From IMG/VR virus record IMGVR_UViG_3300028384_000673, positions 1-45,351 of that record: a stretch of DNA of 45,351 bases; one strand, written 5' to 3'. Within the stretch, counting starts at the first letter, position 1, and every line of letters starts with the position of its first letter. Shown piece by piece: positions 8,884 to 17,586 of the stretch. Position numbers and translations under genes: made by a program. The DNA comes from a virus. The notes beneath the pieces are model-generated. The model made no database searches and was not told where the DNA came from. It saw nothing but the letters and a program-made list of their open reading frames with translations.

Positions 8884-9765
8884 ATGATCCTTGTTGACAT
8901 GAATCAGGTTTGCATCAGCAACCTGATGGTTTCCTTGACTACTACATCAAATACAATTAGCGAAGACCTGGTTCGCCATATGGTCATGAAGTCTCTACGG
9001 TTTTACCGTAATAAGTTTCATGACGAGTATGGCGAACTTGTTCTTTGTTACGACTCTAAGAATTACTGGCGTCGTAAGGCATTTCCTTACTACAAAGGCA
9101 CACGAAAGAAAGATCGAGAGAAGTCTTCTCTTGATTGGTCTGCTATCTTTGAACTCCTGAATAAGATTCGGGATGAGATCAGAGAGAATCTACCCTACAA
9201 AGTGATTGAGGTGGATGGAGCAGAAGCAGATGATGTCATTGCATCTTTGGTAAAAGACCAAGCGATGCGTAACATTCGCTTGCAGAACAACATGCAACCA
9301 CCTCAGAAGATACTAATCCTCTCGGGTGATAAAGACTTCGTTCAACTGCAACGATTCAAGTGTGTCAATCAGTACAATCCCATTCAGAAAAAGTTTATGA
9401 ATGGAATCGATCCTAAGATTTATCTTCTTGAACACATCATCAAGGGTGATCGGGGTGATGGTATCCCTAACTTCCTCTCCGATGATGATACCTTTGTTGC
9501 TGAGAACAAGCGGCAACGACCACTATCCAAAGCAAAGATTGCAAAGTGGGTTGACATGTCACCTGAGGAGTTTGCTATGGGTGACCTGATGGAAAAGTAT
9601 GAACGCAATCGTAAACTCATCGACTTTTCTTGCATCCCCGATGAAGTATATTCAGACATCATAAATATGTTTGAATCGATTGAACCCCAACCGAGGGGTA
9701 AGATGTATCCTTATTTTGCTCGGCATTCGCTGAACGAAATGCTTGACCACATTACTGAATTCTGA
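8884..9765 (+). CDS. rnh: T4-like RNase H (5'-3' flap exonuclease)
   Basis: ILVD, WRR..FPYYK..R, EADD, SGDKDF, GDRGDGIPN. Confidence 0.95.
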   Translation: MILVDMNQVCISNLMVSLTTTSNTISEDLVRHMVMKSLRFYRNKFHDEYGELVLCYDSKNYWRRKAFPYYKGTRKKDREKSSLDWSAIFELLNKIRDEIRENLPYKVIEVDGAEADDVIASLVKDQAMRNIRLQNNMQPPQKILILSGDKDFVQLQRFKCVNQYNPIQKKFMNGIDPKIYLLEHIIKGDRGDGIPNFLSDDDTFVAENKRQRPLSKAKIAKWVDMSPEEFAMGDLMEKYERNRKLIDFSCIPDEVYSDIINMFESIEPQPRGKMYPYFARHSLNEMLDHITEF

Positions 9766-9767
9766 AA

Positions 9768-10199
9768 ATGAAACTGTTGATCTCTGAGGTGCTACAAAAA
9801 GCACACAACGCCAAGACAAAGGCAGAGAAGATCGCAATCCTCAAAGAGAATGACTCTCAGGCTCTGCGGTCCATCTTTATCATTAATTACGATGAGAGTA
9901 TTGTCTCTCTGCTCCCAGAAGGTGCTCCTCCATACACCCCAAACGAAGCACCTGCTGGTACTGAGCACACTAAACTAGAACACGAAGCACGCCTTCTGTT
10001 TCACTTCTTCAAAGGTGGTTCTAATATCCCCTCATTGAAGCGTGAAACTATGTTTGTCCAGATGCTGGAAGGACTGCATCCTGACGAAGCAAAGGTTGTT
10101 ATCGCTGCTAAGGATAAGAAACTGAACAAGCGTTATAAGGTCACCAAAGCGTGTGTCTCTGAGGCATTTCCCCAAATCAACTGGGGAGGTCGGACTTGA
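9768..10199 (+). CDS. conserved T4-like hypothetical protein
   Basis: LPEGAPPY and RETMFVQMLEGLHPDEA motifs; typical position after rnh. Confidence 0.8.
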   Translation: MKLLISEVLQKAHNAKTKAEKIAILKENDSQALRSIFIINYDESIVSLLPEGAPPYTPNEAPAGTEHTKLEHEARLLFHFFKGGSNIPSLKRETMFVQMLEGLHPDEAKVVIAAKDKKLNKRYKVTKACVSEAFPQINWGGRT

Positions 10200-10450
10200 A
10201 AGTATTCAAGAAAGACTGTGATCCCTCAGAGGCAAAAGATAAGACGCTACCAGTCAACTCCTGGATCATTACCTACAATGATGGTGAAAAGATTTGTCAC
10301 GATATTGTCATCGCTGGCAAACAGTTAGACATCTTTGACTACTATTGGGATCGCTATCGTGATGATAAAATGAGTTGGGAGTACACTAGTGGTACTGTCA
10401 GCGCCAAGTTGTGGCAAGGTAGACAAGAATCTAATTCTAAAAAGAAATGA
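10196..10450 (+). CDS. conserved cyanophage hypothetical protein
   Basis: TTGA overlap; IFDYYWD motif. Confidence 0.7.
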   Translation: MKVFKKDCDPSEAKDKTLPVNSWIITYNDGEKICHDIVIAGKQLDIFDYYWDRYRDDKMSWEYTSGTVSAKLWQGRQESNSKKK

Positions 10451-10695
10451 CACAGCATCCCTACACCTTTAATTTGAAGACCGAGGAACAGAAAGAGGAA
10501 CAAGAGCATAGTGAAGCATACAAAATGGGACAAGCAGCAGCTCCTGCCATTGGTGCTACACTAGGTGCGTTGATCTTTGCTCCCCTTGTTCTTTGGGCAG
10601 CATGGAATTTTTGTATTCCTGCTCTGTTTGGTCTTCCCGCTATCGGATACTTACAGTCCGTAGCGTTGTATGTTCTCTTTAAGATTTTGTTTTAA
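10447..10695 (+). CDS. small membrane protein
   Basis: two hydrophobic helices, WNxxxPxLFGLP. Confidence 0.7.
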   Translation: MTQHPYTFNLKTEEQKEEQEHSEAYKMGQAAAPAIGATLGALIFAPLVLWAAWNFCIPALFGLPAIGYLQSVALYVLFKILF

Positions 10696-11393
10696 TGAAA
10701 CCAAAAGTATGCCTCATCTCTGTTACCCCTGATGCAGAGAAGACTATCGGGTACATCGCTCGTGTAAGTAACCCAGCAAACCAGGACAACCCTAAGGTTG
10801 CTGGTCTGTTGAAGTATTGCATTAAGCATGGGCACTGGTCTGTGTTTGAGCAGGCAACCATGACGTTGCAGATTGAGACCACTAGGGGACTGGCAGCTCA
10901 AATCCTGAGGCACCGTTCATTCTGCTTCCAAGAGTTTTCCCAACGGTATGCAGACTCATCTGCACTGGGTGACATTCAACTGCCTCAACTGCGTCGTCAA
11001 GACGACAAGAACAGGCAGAACAGTATCGATGACCTGGATCCTTTTCTGGTTCAGAAGTATGAGATCCTCATGCAAGATTATTTCAAGCGTGGTATGGAAC
11101 TCTATCAACAGATGCTTGAAGATGATATTGCAAAGGAGTGTGCTCGCTTCGTGCTTCCCCTCGCCGTGGGAACAAAACTCTACATGACAGGAAATCTCAG
11201 GTCATGGATCCATTATATCAATCTGCGTACTGCTAACGGTACACAGAAAGAACACATGGAGATCGCTAAACTCTGTAAGCGTCACTTTGTTTGTCAGTTC
11301 CCTACTATTGCTGAGGCATTGGACTGGTGTGAAGGTGACTGTGGTTGTCCTGATGGATATGATGATCTCCAACCATGCCTTCGTATCGATTGA
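10695..11393 (+). CDS. thyX: flavin-dependent thymidylate synthase
   Basis: HWSVFE, RHRSFCFQEFSQRY, ARFVLP, NLRSW, TQKEH. Confidence 0.96.
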   Translation: MKPKVCLISVTPDAEKTIGYIARVSNPANQDNPKVAGLLKYCIKHGHWSVFEQATMTLQIETTRGLAAQILRHRSFCFQEFSQRYADSSALGDIQLPQLRRQDDKNRQNSIDDLDPFLVQKYEILMQDYFKRGMELYQQMLEDDIAKECARFVLPLAVGTKLYMTGNLRSWIHYINLRTANGTQKEHMEIAKLCKRHFVCQFPTIAEALDWCEGDCGCPDGYDDLQPCLRID

Positions 11394-11542
11394 TGAAAAA
11401 CAAAAAGATGCGAAAGTTAATTCAGAAACCTCTAAGGTTTCATCATCAGGATATCCATGAAGAGTTGGATTCTATTAAACAAAGTATCGAGGAAATCAAA
11501 TGCCTACTTATGAGTTTCGAGACAAAGCAACAGGAGAAATAA
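11393..11542 (+). CDS. 49-aa hypothetical protein (missing from the ORF track)
   Basis: TGATG coupling to thyX; MKNKKMRKLIQKPLRFHHQDIHEELDSIKQSIEEIK... Confidence 0.55.
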   Translation: MKNKKMRKLIQKPLRFHHQDIHEELDSIKQSIEEIKCLLMSFETKQQEK

Positions 11543-11730
11543 CTGAGGTAAGGATGTCCATTCATGATCTCGATAAATATAAAGACGAGCACCCAGAATT
11601 AGAGAGATACCTGGGCAATCAAAGTAATGGTACTGTCTATGGTAAACCAAAACAATCTGATGGATTCAAAGATGTAATGTCTAAGATTCAATCATCCCAC
11701 CCTGGTGCTAACTTGTCACGATACACTTGA
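11500..11730 (+). CDS. FmdB-like small protein lacking Cys ligands
   Basis: MPTYEF...TGE start. Confidence 0.7.
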   Translation: MPTYEFRDKATGEITEVRMSIHDLDKYKDEHPELERYLGNQSNGTVYGKPKQSDGFKDVMSKIQSSHPGANLSRYT

Positions 11731-11732
11731 TT

Positions 11733-12488
11733 ATGCCTGTCAAAAGTAAGAGAAAGACCCCTGTCGGATCTGGTATGAGTGCAAAACAAATGAGGCGTAA
11801 GAAGCCAATCAATCTGGAACATCTGAAACAGATTGAACCATTGACCGAAAACCAAGAGAAGGTATTCAGTGCATATGCAGAGGGCAAAAATGTAGTTCTT
11901 CATGGTGCTGCTGGTACTGGTAAAACATTTATCAGTTTGTACCTTGCAATGCAACAAGTACTCGACCCCGAGTCTCCATACGAAAAGATCTATATGGTCC
12001 GATCTCTGGTTCCTACTCGTGAGATTGGTTTCCTTCCTGGTGACCATGAAGATAAGAGTAACTTGTACCAGATTCCGTACAAGAACATGGTTAAATACAT
12101 GTTCACTATGCCTGATGATGCATCCTTTGAGATGCTCTATGATAATTTGAGAGCACAAGAAACTGTGTCATTCTGGTCTACATCATTCATCCGTGGTGTT
12201 ACACTTGACAAGTGTATTATAATTGTAGATGAGTTCTCTAACTTGAACTTTCATGAACTTGACTCTATCATCACTCGTGTGGGTGAAGACGCTAAGATTA
12301 TTTTCTCGGGTGACTATACTCAGTCTGACTTGCAGAAAAGTAACGAGCGTAATGGTGTGTTAGACTTCATGAAGATTCTTCAATCGATGCCCTCTTTTGA
12401 GTGTGTTGAGTTTGGCATTGAGGACATCGTAAGATCTGGTATGGTTCGTGAATACCTGGTCTCCAAGATTAACCTAGGATTTACTTGA
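11733..12488 (+). CDS. phoH: PhoH-like ATPase
   Basis: GAAGTGKT, IGFLPG, RGVTL, DEFSN, GDYTQSD. Confidence 0.96.
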   Translation: MPVKSKRKTPVGSGMSAKQMRRKKPINLEHLKQIEPLTENQEKVFSAYAEGKNVVLHGAAGTGKTFISLYLAMQQVLDPESPYEKIYMVRSLVPTREIGFLPGDHEDKSNLYQIPYKNMVKYMFTMPDDASFEMLYDNLRAQETVSFWSTSFIRGVTLDKCIIIVDEFSNLNFHELDSIITRVGEDAKIIFSGDYTQSDLQKSNERNGVLDFMKILQSMPSFECVEFGIEDIVRSGMVREYLVSKINLGFT

Positions 12489-13168
12489 TGAAATCATTTA
12501 ATTATGTGGGTCCCGCTGGTGAGTTATCAGAACTCTCAGCGACCCAGGTGGAAGGACGACGCTTTTATAAAGCACCCAACGGAAATTGGTATCCTTCTGT
12601 AACTACGGTGGTGGGTCACATCTCTGCACCCAACATCAAACAGTGGGAAGAACGTGTAGGTTGGGAGCAAGCAGAGAAGGTCCGACGTACATCATCATTG
12701 AGAGGAACTAAGTATCATGGCATCGTTGAACAGTATCTCAAAGGGAATCTACAAAAAGTTGAGGAGGGCGAAGGTCTTCCCAAGATCCTTTTTGGGTTTG
12801 CTCGTAAGGATCTTGATCGTATTGACAATATTCATATTCTTGAAGCCCCTCTTTATTCTGACGATCTACGGGTTGCTGGTCGTGTTGACTGCATTGCTGA
12901 GTTTGATGGTGAACTAGCAATCATAGACTTCAAGACCACAGGAACATTAAAGAAGGAGAAGTACTTGGAGAAGTACTTTGTTCAAGAGGCAGCATACGCT
13001 TACATGTATTGGGAGCGTACTGGTTGTGAGGTTAAGAAACTCGTTACTCTTTCTATCGCAGAAGACGGTCAGACCCAAGTCGTACAAAAGTATGATAAGA
13101 TATCGTACATTGATACTCTCTGTGAGTGGATCAAAGAGTTCCGCTATTACATTGGGAGCATCAAGTGA
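12488..13168 (+). CDS. PD-(D/E)xK exonuclease (exonuclease A)
   Basis: YPSVTTV, RGTKYH, AGRVDCI, IIDFKT, QxxAY. Confidence 0.9.
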   Translation: MKSFNYVGPAGELSELSATQVEGRRFYKAPNGNWYPSVTTVVGHISAPNIKQWEERVGWEQAEKVRRTSSLRGTKYHGIVEQYLKGNLQKVEEGEGLPKILFGFARKDLDRIDNIHILEAPLYSDDLRVAGRVDCIAEFDGELAIIDFKTTGTLKKEKYLEKYFVQEAAYAYMYWERTGCEVKKLVTLSIAEDGQTQVVQKYDKISYIDTLCEWIKEFRYYIGSIK

Positions 13169-13410
13169 AAAATCTAGAAGAAAACTTCATGACACAGAAC
13201 AAGTTCAGCGCCCTCGTAGAGCATACGGTGCAGAACAATAATGGTCTCATCAATTACATCGAAGCAGTTGCATCTGTCTGTGAAGAGTATGAGATCGAAC
13301 TTGAAATGGTCGGTAAACTAATCAGCAAACCACTTAAAGATAAAATCAAAGCGAATGCACAACACCTCAACTGTATCAAACGAACCAGTCGTGGAGTCCT
13401 TCCACTCTAA
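13165..13410 (+). CDS. gp33: late transcription coactivator
   Basis: YIEAV..CE...E...KLISKPLKDKIK; GTGA overlap; synteny. Confidence 0.85.
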   Translation: MKNLEENFMTQNKFSALVEHTVQNNNGLINYIEAVASVCEEYEIELEMVGKLISKPLKDKIKANAQHLNCIKRTSRGVLPL

Positions 13411-13442
13411 ACTTGCTAAATCATTGTGGTAGGAGGAAAACT

Positions 13443-13829
13443 ATGACAGAAGATTTCTTTAAGTCTGAGGTTGTTCAGGCTGAACTAGACGACCTCCAAG
13501 AAACATACACAGAACTGCTGAGAATGTCTCAGAACTTTCAGGACTTTGAACCTGAGAGAAAGATTGAACACATCAACAAAACATTAGAGTTGATCTCTAA
13601 GCAAAAAGTGTTCTACTCACGCTTGCAAATGATGGTGAACTACGTGGAGGAAGACGGTGACGACCCCTCCGAAGTAGCACAGATGAAAGAGCGTATAGAT
13701 ACATTGTCGTCACTTTACTCTGGCGGCACTGGTAACCTATTAGGTGTCCTCCAAGTAATGGAAGACAAACTCCTGGGGTGGAAGAAGGAGTTGCAGAGTG
13801 GCAGTATGCCAACTGACCTAGAAGGTTGA
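13443..13829 (+). CDS. DUF1825-like protein
   Basis: FFKSEVVQ...KQKVFYSRL; AGGAGG RBS. Confidence 0.75.
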   Translation: MTEDFFKSEVVQAELDDLQETYTELLRMSQNFQDFEPERKIEHINKTLELISKQKVFYSRLQMMVNYVEEDGDDPSEVAQMKERIDTLSSLYSGGTGNLLGVLQVMEDKLLGWKKELQSGSMPTDLEG

Positions 13830-13854
13830 CACCCCACCCAATACACGATACTAT
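13826..13854 (+). promoter_or_regulatory. sigma70-like promoter of gp32
   Basis: TTGACA-17 nt-TACTAT. Confidence 0.75.
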
Positions 13855-13933
13855 TAACTCACTGGGCAGACGGGACTAGGAGACTAGTTCGCACGTAAGA
13901 CCCAGTAATACAAACCAAATACGGAGAATACAA

Positions 13934-14851
13934 ATGTCCTTTTCCTCGCTCAAAAAGTCCTCACTCAGCAGCATCAGCAACCTGACTAAGGAACTCGACA
14001 AGATGAACACCAAAGGTTCTGGTCGTGGTCCTGATGAGCGCCTCTGGAAACCCGAAGTCGATAAGGCAGGCAATGGTTATGCTGTCATTCGCTTCCTCCC
14101 TGCACCTGCAAAGGAAGAACTGCCCTGGGCACAGGTGTGGTCTCATGCCTTCCAAGGTACTGGTGGTTGGTACATCGAGAACTCCCTGACTACTCTTGGT
14201 CAGCAGGATCCTGTTGGTGATCTGAACCGTGTCCTTTGGAACTCTGGTCTCGACTCGGATAAAGATGTTGCACGTAAGCAGAAGCGTAAACTCTCTTACT
14301 ACTCGAACATCTATGTGGTGAAGGACCCTCTTCATCCTGAGAACGAAGGTCGTGTCTTCCTCTACAAGTATGGTAAGAAGATCCACGACAAGATTGCCGA
14401 GAGCATGAAACCTCAGTTTGAAGATGAAGATCCGATCAATCCTTTCTGCTTCTGGAAAGGTGCTGACTTCAAGTTGAAGATCGTCAAGCAAGATGGTTAC
14501 TGGAACTACGATCGTTCCGAGTTTGCATCTGCTAGCACCCTTGGTGACTTTGATGATGAGAAACTTGAAGAAATCTACAACCAGGAATACTCTCTGGCAG
14601 ACTTCACTGACCCGAAGAACTTCAAGTCCTACGAAGAACTGGAAGCACGTCTGAACCTTGTCCTTGGCAAGACCTCTCGTGCCGCAGTTGCTCAGGAAGA
14701 AGAGCAAGAGATGGACAATCCCATCTCCTTTGAAGAGACAGCTAAGCAAGCGTCCCCTGACTTCAACAGTGGGTTCGGTAGCAGTGTAGAATCTATGAAG
14801 GAAGAAGAGGACCCTGACCTCTCTTACTTCTCTCGTCTCGCTGAGGGATGA
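13934..14851 (+). CDS. gp32: single-stranded DNA binding protein
   Basis: DERLWK..DKAGNGYAVIRFLP, WYIENS, YGKKI, acidic tail. Confidence 0.97.
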   Translation: MSFSSLKKSSLSSISNLTKELDKMNTKGSGRGPDERLWKPEVDKAGNGYAVIRFLPAPAKEELPWAQVWSHAFQGTGGWYIENSLTTLGQQDPVGDLNRVLWNSGLDSDKDVARKQKRKLSYYSNIYVVKDPLHPENEGRVFLYKYGKKIHDKIAESMKPQFEDEDPINPFCFWKGADFKLKIVKQDGYWNYDRSEFASASTLGDFDDEKLEEIYNQEYSLADFTDPKNFKSYEELEARLNLVLGKTSRAAVAQEEEQEMDNPISFEETAKQASPDFNSGFGSSVESMKEEEDPDLSYFSRLAEG

Positions 14852-14922
14852 GGTGGACTTATGAGAGGGTCTGCTTGACCCTCTTAGTCCTTGCAACCTA
14901 TTACTCGCTTCTGTTCCAATGA
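14848..14922 (+). CDS. 24-aa hydrophobic peptide (missing from the ORF track)
   Basis: MRWTYERVCLTLLVLATYYSLLFQ; ATGA overlaps at both ends. Confidence 0.55.
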   Translation: MRWTYERVCLTLLVLATYYSLLFQ

Positions 14923-15182
14923 AACGTCTCCTAGCCCTCCCATTAATGTTGCTGACAGCAACACCTGCCAGTGCAATCACTTGGGAGGAGTTCTGGGAAC
15001 CATTGGACCGTGATAAAGTAGAGGTTCACCACTACCATCATGGACACCATGGACTTCGTAAAAAGAGGTGCTGGGGTATGAGATGGAAGTATTATGAAGG
15101 TGATTTTTATCATGAAGGTTACTGGAAGAAGAAGATGGTAAGGGTAAGGTGTCACCGACCTCACCGCCATCATCTATATTGA
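14919..15182 (+). CDS. exported His/Trp-rich hypothetical protein
   Basis: signal peptide (PASA), HHYHHGHHG, two Cys. Confidence 0.65.
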   Translation: MKRLLALPLMLLTATPASAITWEEFWEPLDRDKVEVHHYHHGHHGLRKKRCWGMRWKYYEGDFYHEGYWKKKMVRVRCHRPHRHHLY

Positions 15183-15194
15183 CCCAAAACCAAA

Positions 15195-15260
15195 TTCGAC
15201 TTTTGATTCCAAAAAAGGTCGAAAAAAAACTCTGGGTATTTTTTGATCCCCAGGGTTTTT
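15195..15260. terminator. tandem hairpins with A/T tracts (possible bidirectional terminator)
   Basis: TTCGACTTTTG...AAAAGGTCGAA and AAAACTCTGGG...CCCAGGGTTTT. Confidence 0.55.
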
Positions 15261-15292
15261 CAATAAATATAACTGGTAATAGTACCCGACAA

Positions 15293-15547
15293 ATGGTGCC
15301 CACCATGATTCCCAACACAGCAGTCATTTACTCTAATGGTAGTATCGAGTGTCAGAGAGCAGGATCACTATTGAAATCGTTGGGTGGCGAATATCTCGAA
15401 TATCGCCTAGACCAACATTTTGATCAAAGGGCATTTGAAGAAGAATTTGGCAAAGATGCCGAATATCCTCAAATTGCACTAGGTGCCAAACATGTGGGTC
15501 ATTTGAAGGAACTCTTGCAATATGGAAAAGATCACGATCTTTTCTAA
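15293..15547 (+). CDS. glutaredoxin-like protein with a degenerate active site
   Basis: IYSNGSIECQRA, EYPQI, HVG; start at 15293 or 15305. Confidence 0.7.
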   Translation: MVPTMIPNTAVIYSNGSIECQRAGSLLKSLGGEYLEYRLDQHFDQRAFEEEFGKDAEYPQIALGAKHVGHLKELLQYGKDHDLF

Positions 15548-15554
15548 CCTACAT

Positions 15555-15626
15555 TCCTCCTTAGCTCAGCGGTAGAGCGAACGACTGTTAATCGTTTGGT
15601 CCCTGGTTCGATCCCAGGAGGGGGAG
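15555..15626 (+). tRNA. trnN: tRNA-Asn (GTT), no encoded CCA
   Basis: cloverleaf: TCCTCCT/AGGGGGA, GCTC/GAGC, AACGA-CTGTTAA-TCGTT, CCTGG-TTCGATC-CCAGG. Confidence 0.95.
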
Positions 15627-16562
15627 TTAATAACCGCCGTATCCACCACCACTAGATCCGCCCGAGGATCCACTATCAGAACTAGAATCGGAACTAGAAG
15701 CACTAGAACCACCACTGGTGCCAGAGGAGTCTTCTGATCCTGCTACAACGCCAGAAGACGTTACAACGGCACCTGCGGATGAATCACTAGTACTGGTCTC
15801 AACAGCACCAGATTCAGTTACAGTTCTTGTAACGACTTTATTAACCAGTTCCAAACCAGAAGCGAACTGTATACTAGAAGTACGACCATAAGGACTAGTG
15901 TAAGAGATCTTATGGGATCTGAATATTTCATCCACTGCCTGAGGAGTGAACTTAATACCAGTAGTGTCTTCAATTTCAGCGTTAGGAACATATTGAAGAA
16001 GTTCTTCAAACTCATCGATGAACTCTTCAACGTATTCTTCTTTCAAGATCCAAATATTAGATTTTGCGTCATTTATCCCCTTTTCGTATTCCCAGTTAGA
16101 AATAGGAATACTGGCATTTGGAACTATATTTCCATTTGGACGATAATATCTGAAAGTAGAATTTACCTGCATACCCTTTTTGAGTATGATTCTATTACTA
16201 TCATCACGAATTTCATTTGTTTCATAATGATGAACTCCATTCAAATTCTGGTACTTCTTGGAGACTAAATTTGTGAGTTCTACCTCAGAGAGAGGCCAAT
16301 CATTATACATGTTGATAACGTTATTACACAGGAGAATAATCCAGTCTAGATTAGTATCTCCGTATTGATCAAAGGCAACTTGATCAGGTCTTTCGTTATT
16401 ACCAATAGTAATCTGTTCAAAACCAAGAATAGAATCAGCAATGCTATCTACTATCTTGATACGTCTGAATATATTCTTTGCAACAACGTAAGGTTCAATG
16501 TTATTTTCACGAAAAGTGTTAACACGTACCTTAACGTCAGGGAGATAACTGAAATAACTCAT
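15627..16562 (-). CDS. gp53: baseplate wedge subunit
   Basis: YFSYLP, ERPDQVA..YG...DWIILL.N, WPLS, HHYET; Ser/Gly-rich tail. Confidence 0.9.
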   Translation of the reverse strand: MSYFSYLPDVKVRVNTFRENNIEPYVVAKNIFRRIKIVDSIADSILGFEQITIGNNERPDQVAFDQYGDTNLDWIILLCNNVINMYNDWPLSEVELTNLVSKKYQNLNGVHHYETNEIRDDSNRIILKKGMQVNSTFRYYRPNGNIVPNASIPISNWEYEKGINDAKSNIWILKEEYVEEFIDEFEELLQYVPNAEIEDTTGIKFTPQAVDEIFRSHKISYTSPYGRTSSIQFASGLELVNKVVTRTVTESGAVETSTSDSSAGAVVTSSGVVAGSEDSSGTSGGSSASSSDSSSDSGSSGGSSGGGYGGY

Positions 16563-17584
16563 AATTGTTCTACCTGCGAAGCGGGACTAGTGTAACCAGT
16601 GCTTTCTTTATACACTGAACGAGTGATAAATGCTGTTTCATCAAAAGTCAATGACATACGGAACGCAGCAGGACCATAGTCTTTGCCATCATCACCAATC
16701 CTCAGAGAGGTATTCTGACCATTAGGAGTCATGTTTACCTGCATGTTGGTGAGAACCATATTCACAGGATAAGTCAACAAAGTTGCAAGAGTATCAGTTC
16801 TTGCTAATTTATCTGCTTTTTTATCCAGACGTTTCTTGAAACTTCCAGGGGTATAACGTACAATCTCTGCACGGAAGAATCTAGGAATAGTCAACCATCT
16901 AGCAGCAGCACCATCAGTACCAGGCAACATAGAATCACGCAGTTCAAGGATGATCTGGTGAATTGCTTGTGCTTCTGCTGGATTGCGTGGTGACATATCA
17001 AAGTCAAAGTTATGTGAACGATAGTTCACACCTTTGAATACAGTTTCTTCATATGGGTTGAATACCTTACCTTTGGCAAGAGCAGCAAGTTGGTTTTTAC
17101 TCAGACTGCCGTCTACACCAACCAGACCAGAGATACCATTGAAGATCTTAGAGACTCCACTGAAAGCAATCTCAGGTTTAGCAGAATTAGCACCACTTTG
17201 AATGGCGTCTACAAATGCTTGTCCTGCACCTTCCGATCCAGCACTACGGACTGCCTCAACAGCAGCAGCACCGAAAGGACCCAAAACTGCTCTCTCATAA
17301 GAGGTAGAGAACTGTTCAGTTAGATTTTGGGGTAGGTATAAGTAGATGGTTTTGTAGATTTTCTTCTTACTCTGCCCATCACCACTTTTGCCACCATTCA
17401 CATAACTGTAAGAGTTAGACCCCTCATCAGATTCATAAATAGTAAACTTCAAGTAGTCAACTACTTTCGTGGGGTATGACTCGCTACGGCGAACAGATCC
17501 ATCTCCTCCTGAGGGTCCTCTTGGAGTAATCAGCGGATACATTAGGCGACTTGGTGCGCCGTTTGCTTTTGACTTTTTTGCCAT
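16559..17584 (-). CDS. gp48: baseplate tail tube cap
   Basis: IYLYLP, NPYEETVFKGV.YRSH.F.F.MSPRN, L.F.E. Confidence 0.85.
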   Translation of the reverse strand: MAKKSKANGAPSRLMYPLITPRGPSGGDGSVRRSESYPTKVVDYLKFTIYESDEGSNSYSYVNGGKSGDGQSKKKIYKTIYLYLPQNLTEQFSTSYERAVLGPFGAAAVEAVRSAGSEGAGQAFVDAIQSGANSAKPEIAFSGVSKIFNGISGLVGVDGSLSKNQLAALAKGKVFNPYEETVFKGVNYRSHNFDFDMSPRNPAEAQAIHQIILELRDSMLPGTDGAAARWLTIPRFFRAEIVRYTPGSFKKRLDKKADKLARTDTLATLLTYPVNMVLTNMQVNMTPNGQNTSLRIGDDGKDYGPAAFRMSLTFDETAFITRSVYKESTGYTSPASQVEQL

Positions 17585-17586
17585 CT

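Noticed and set aside
12488-13168. Cas4-like nuclease as evidence of a CRISPR system
   Set aside because: Standard cyanophage exonuclease between phoH and gp33; no Fe-S cysteine set, cas genes or array.
13961-14980. 339-aa minus-strand ORF antisense to gp32
   Set aside because: Shadow ORF expected from the strong codon bias of a highly expressed gene; no recognisable motifs.
15149-15292. N-terminal extension of the glutaredoxin-like ORF
   Set aside because: Runs through hairpin and homopolymer non-coding sequence; the domain starts at about 15305.
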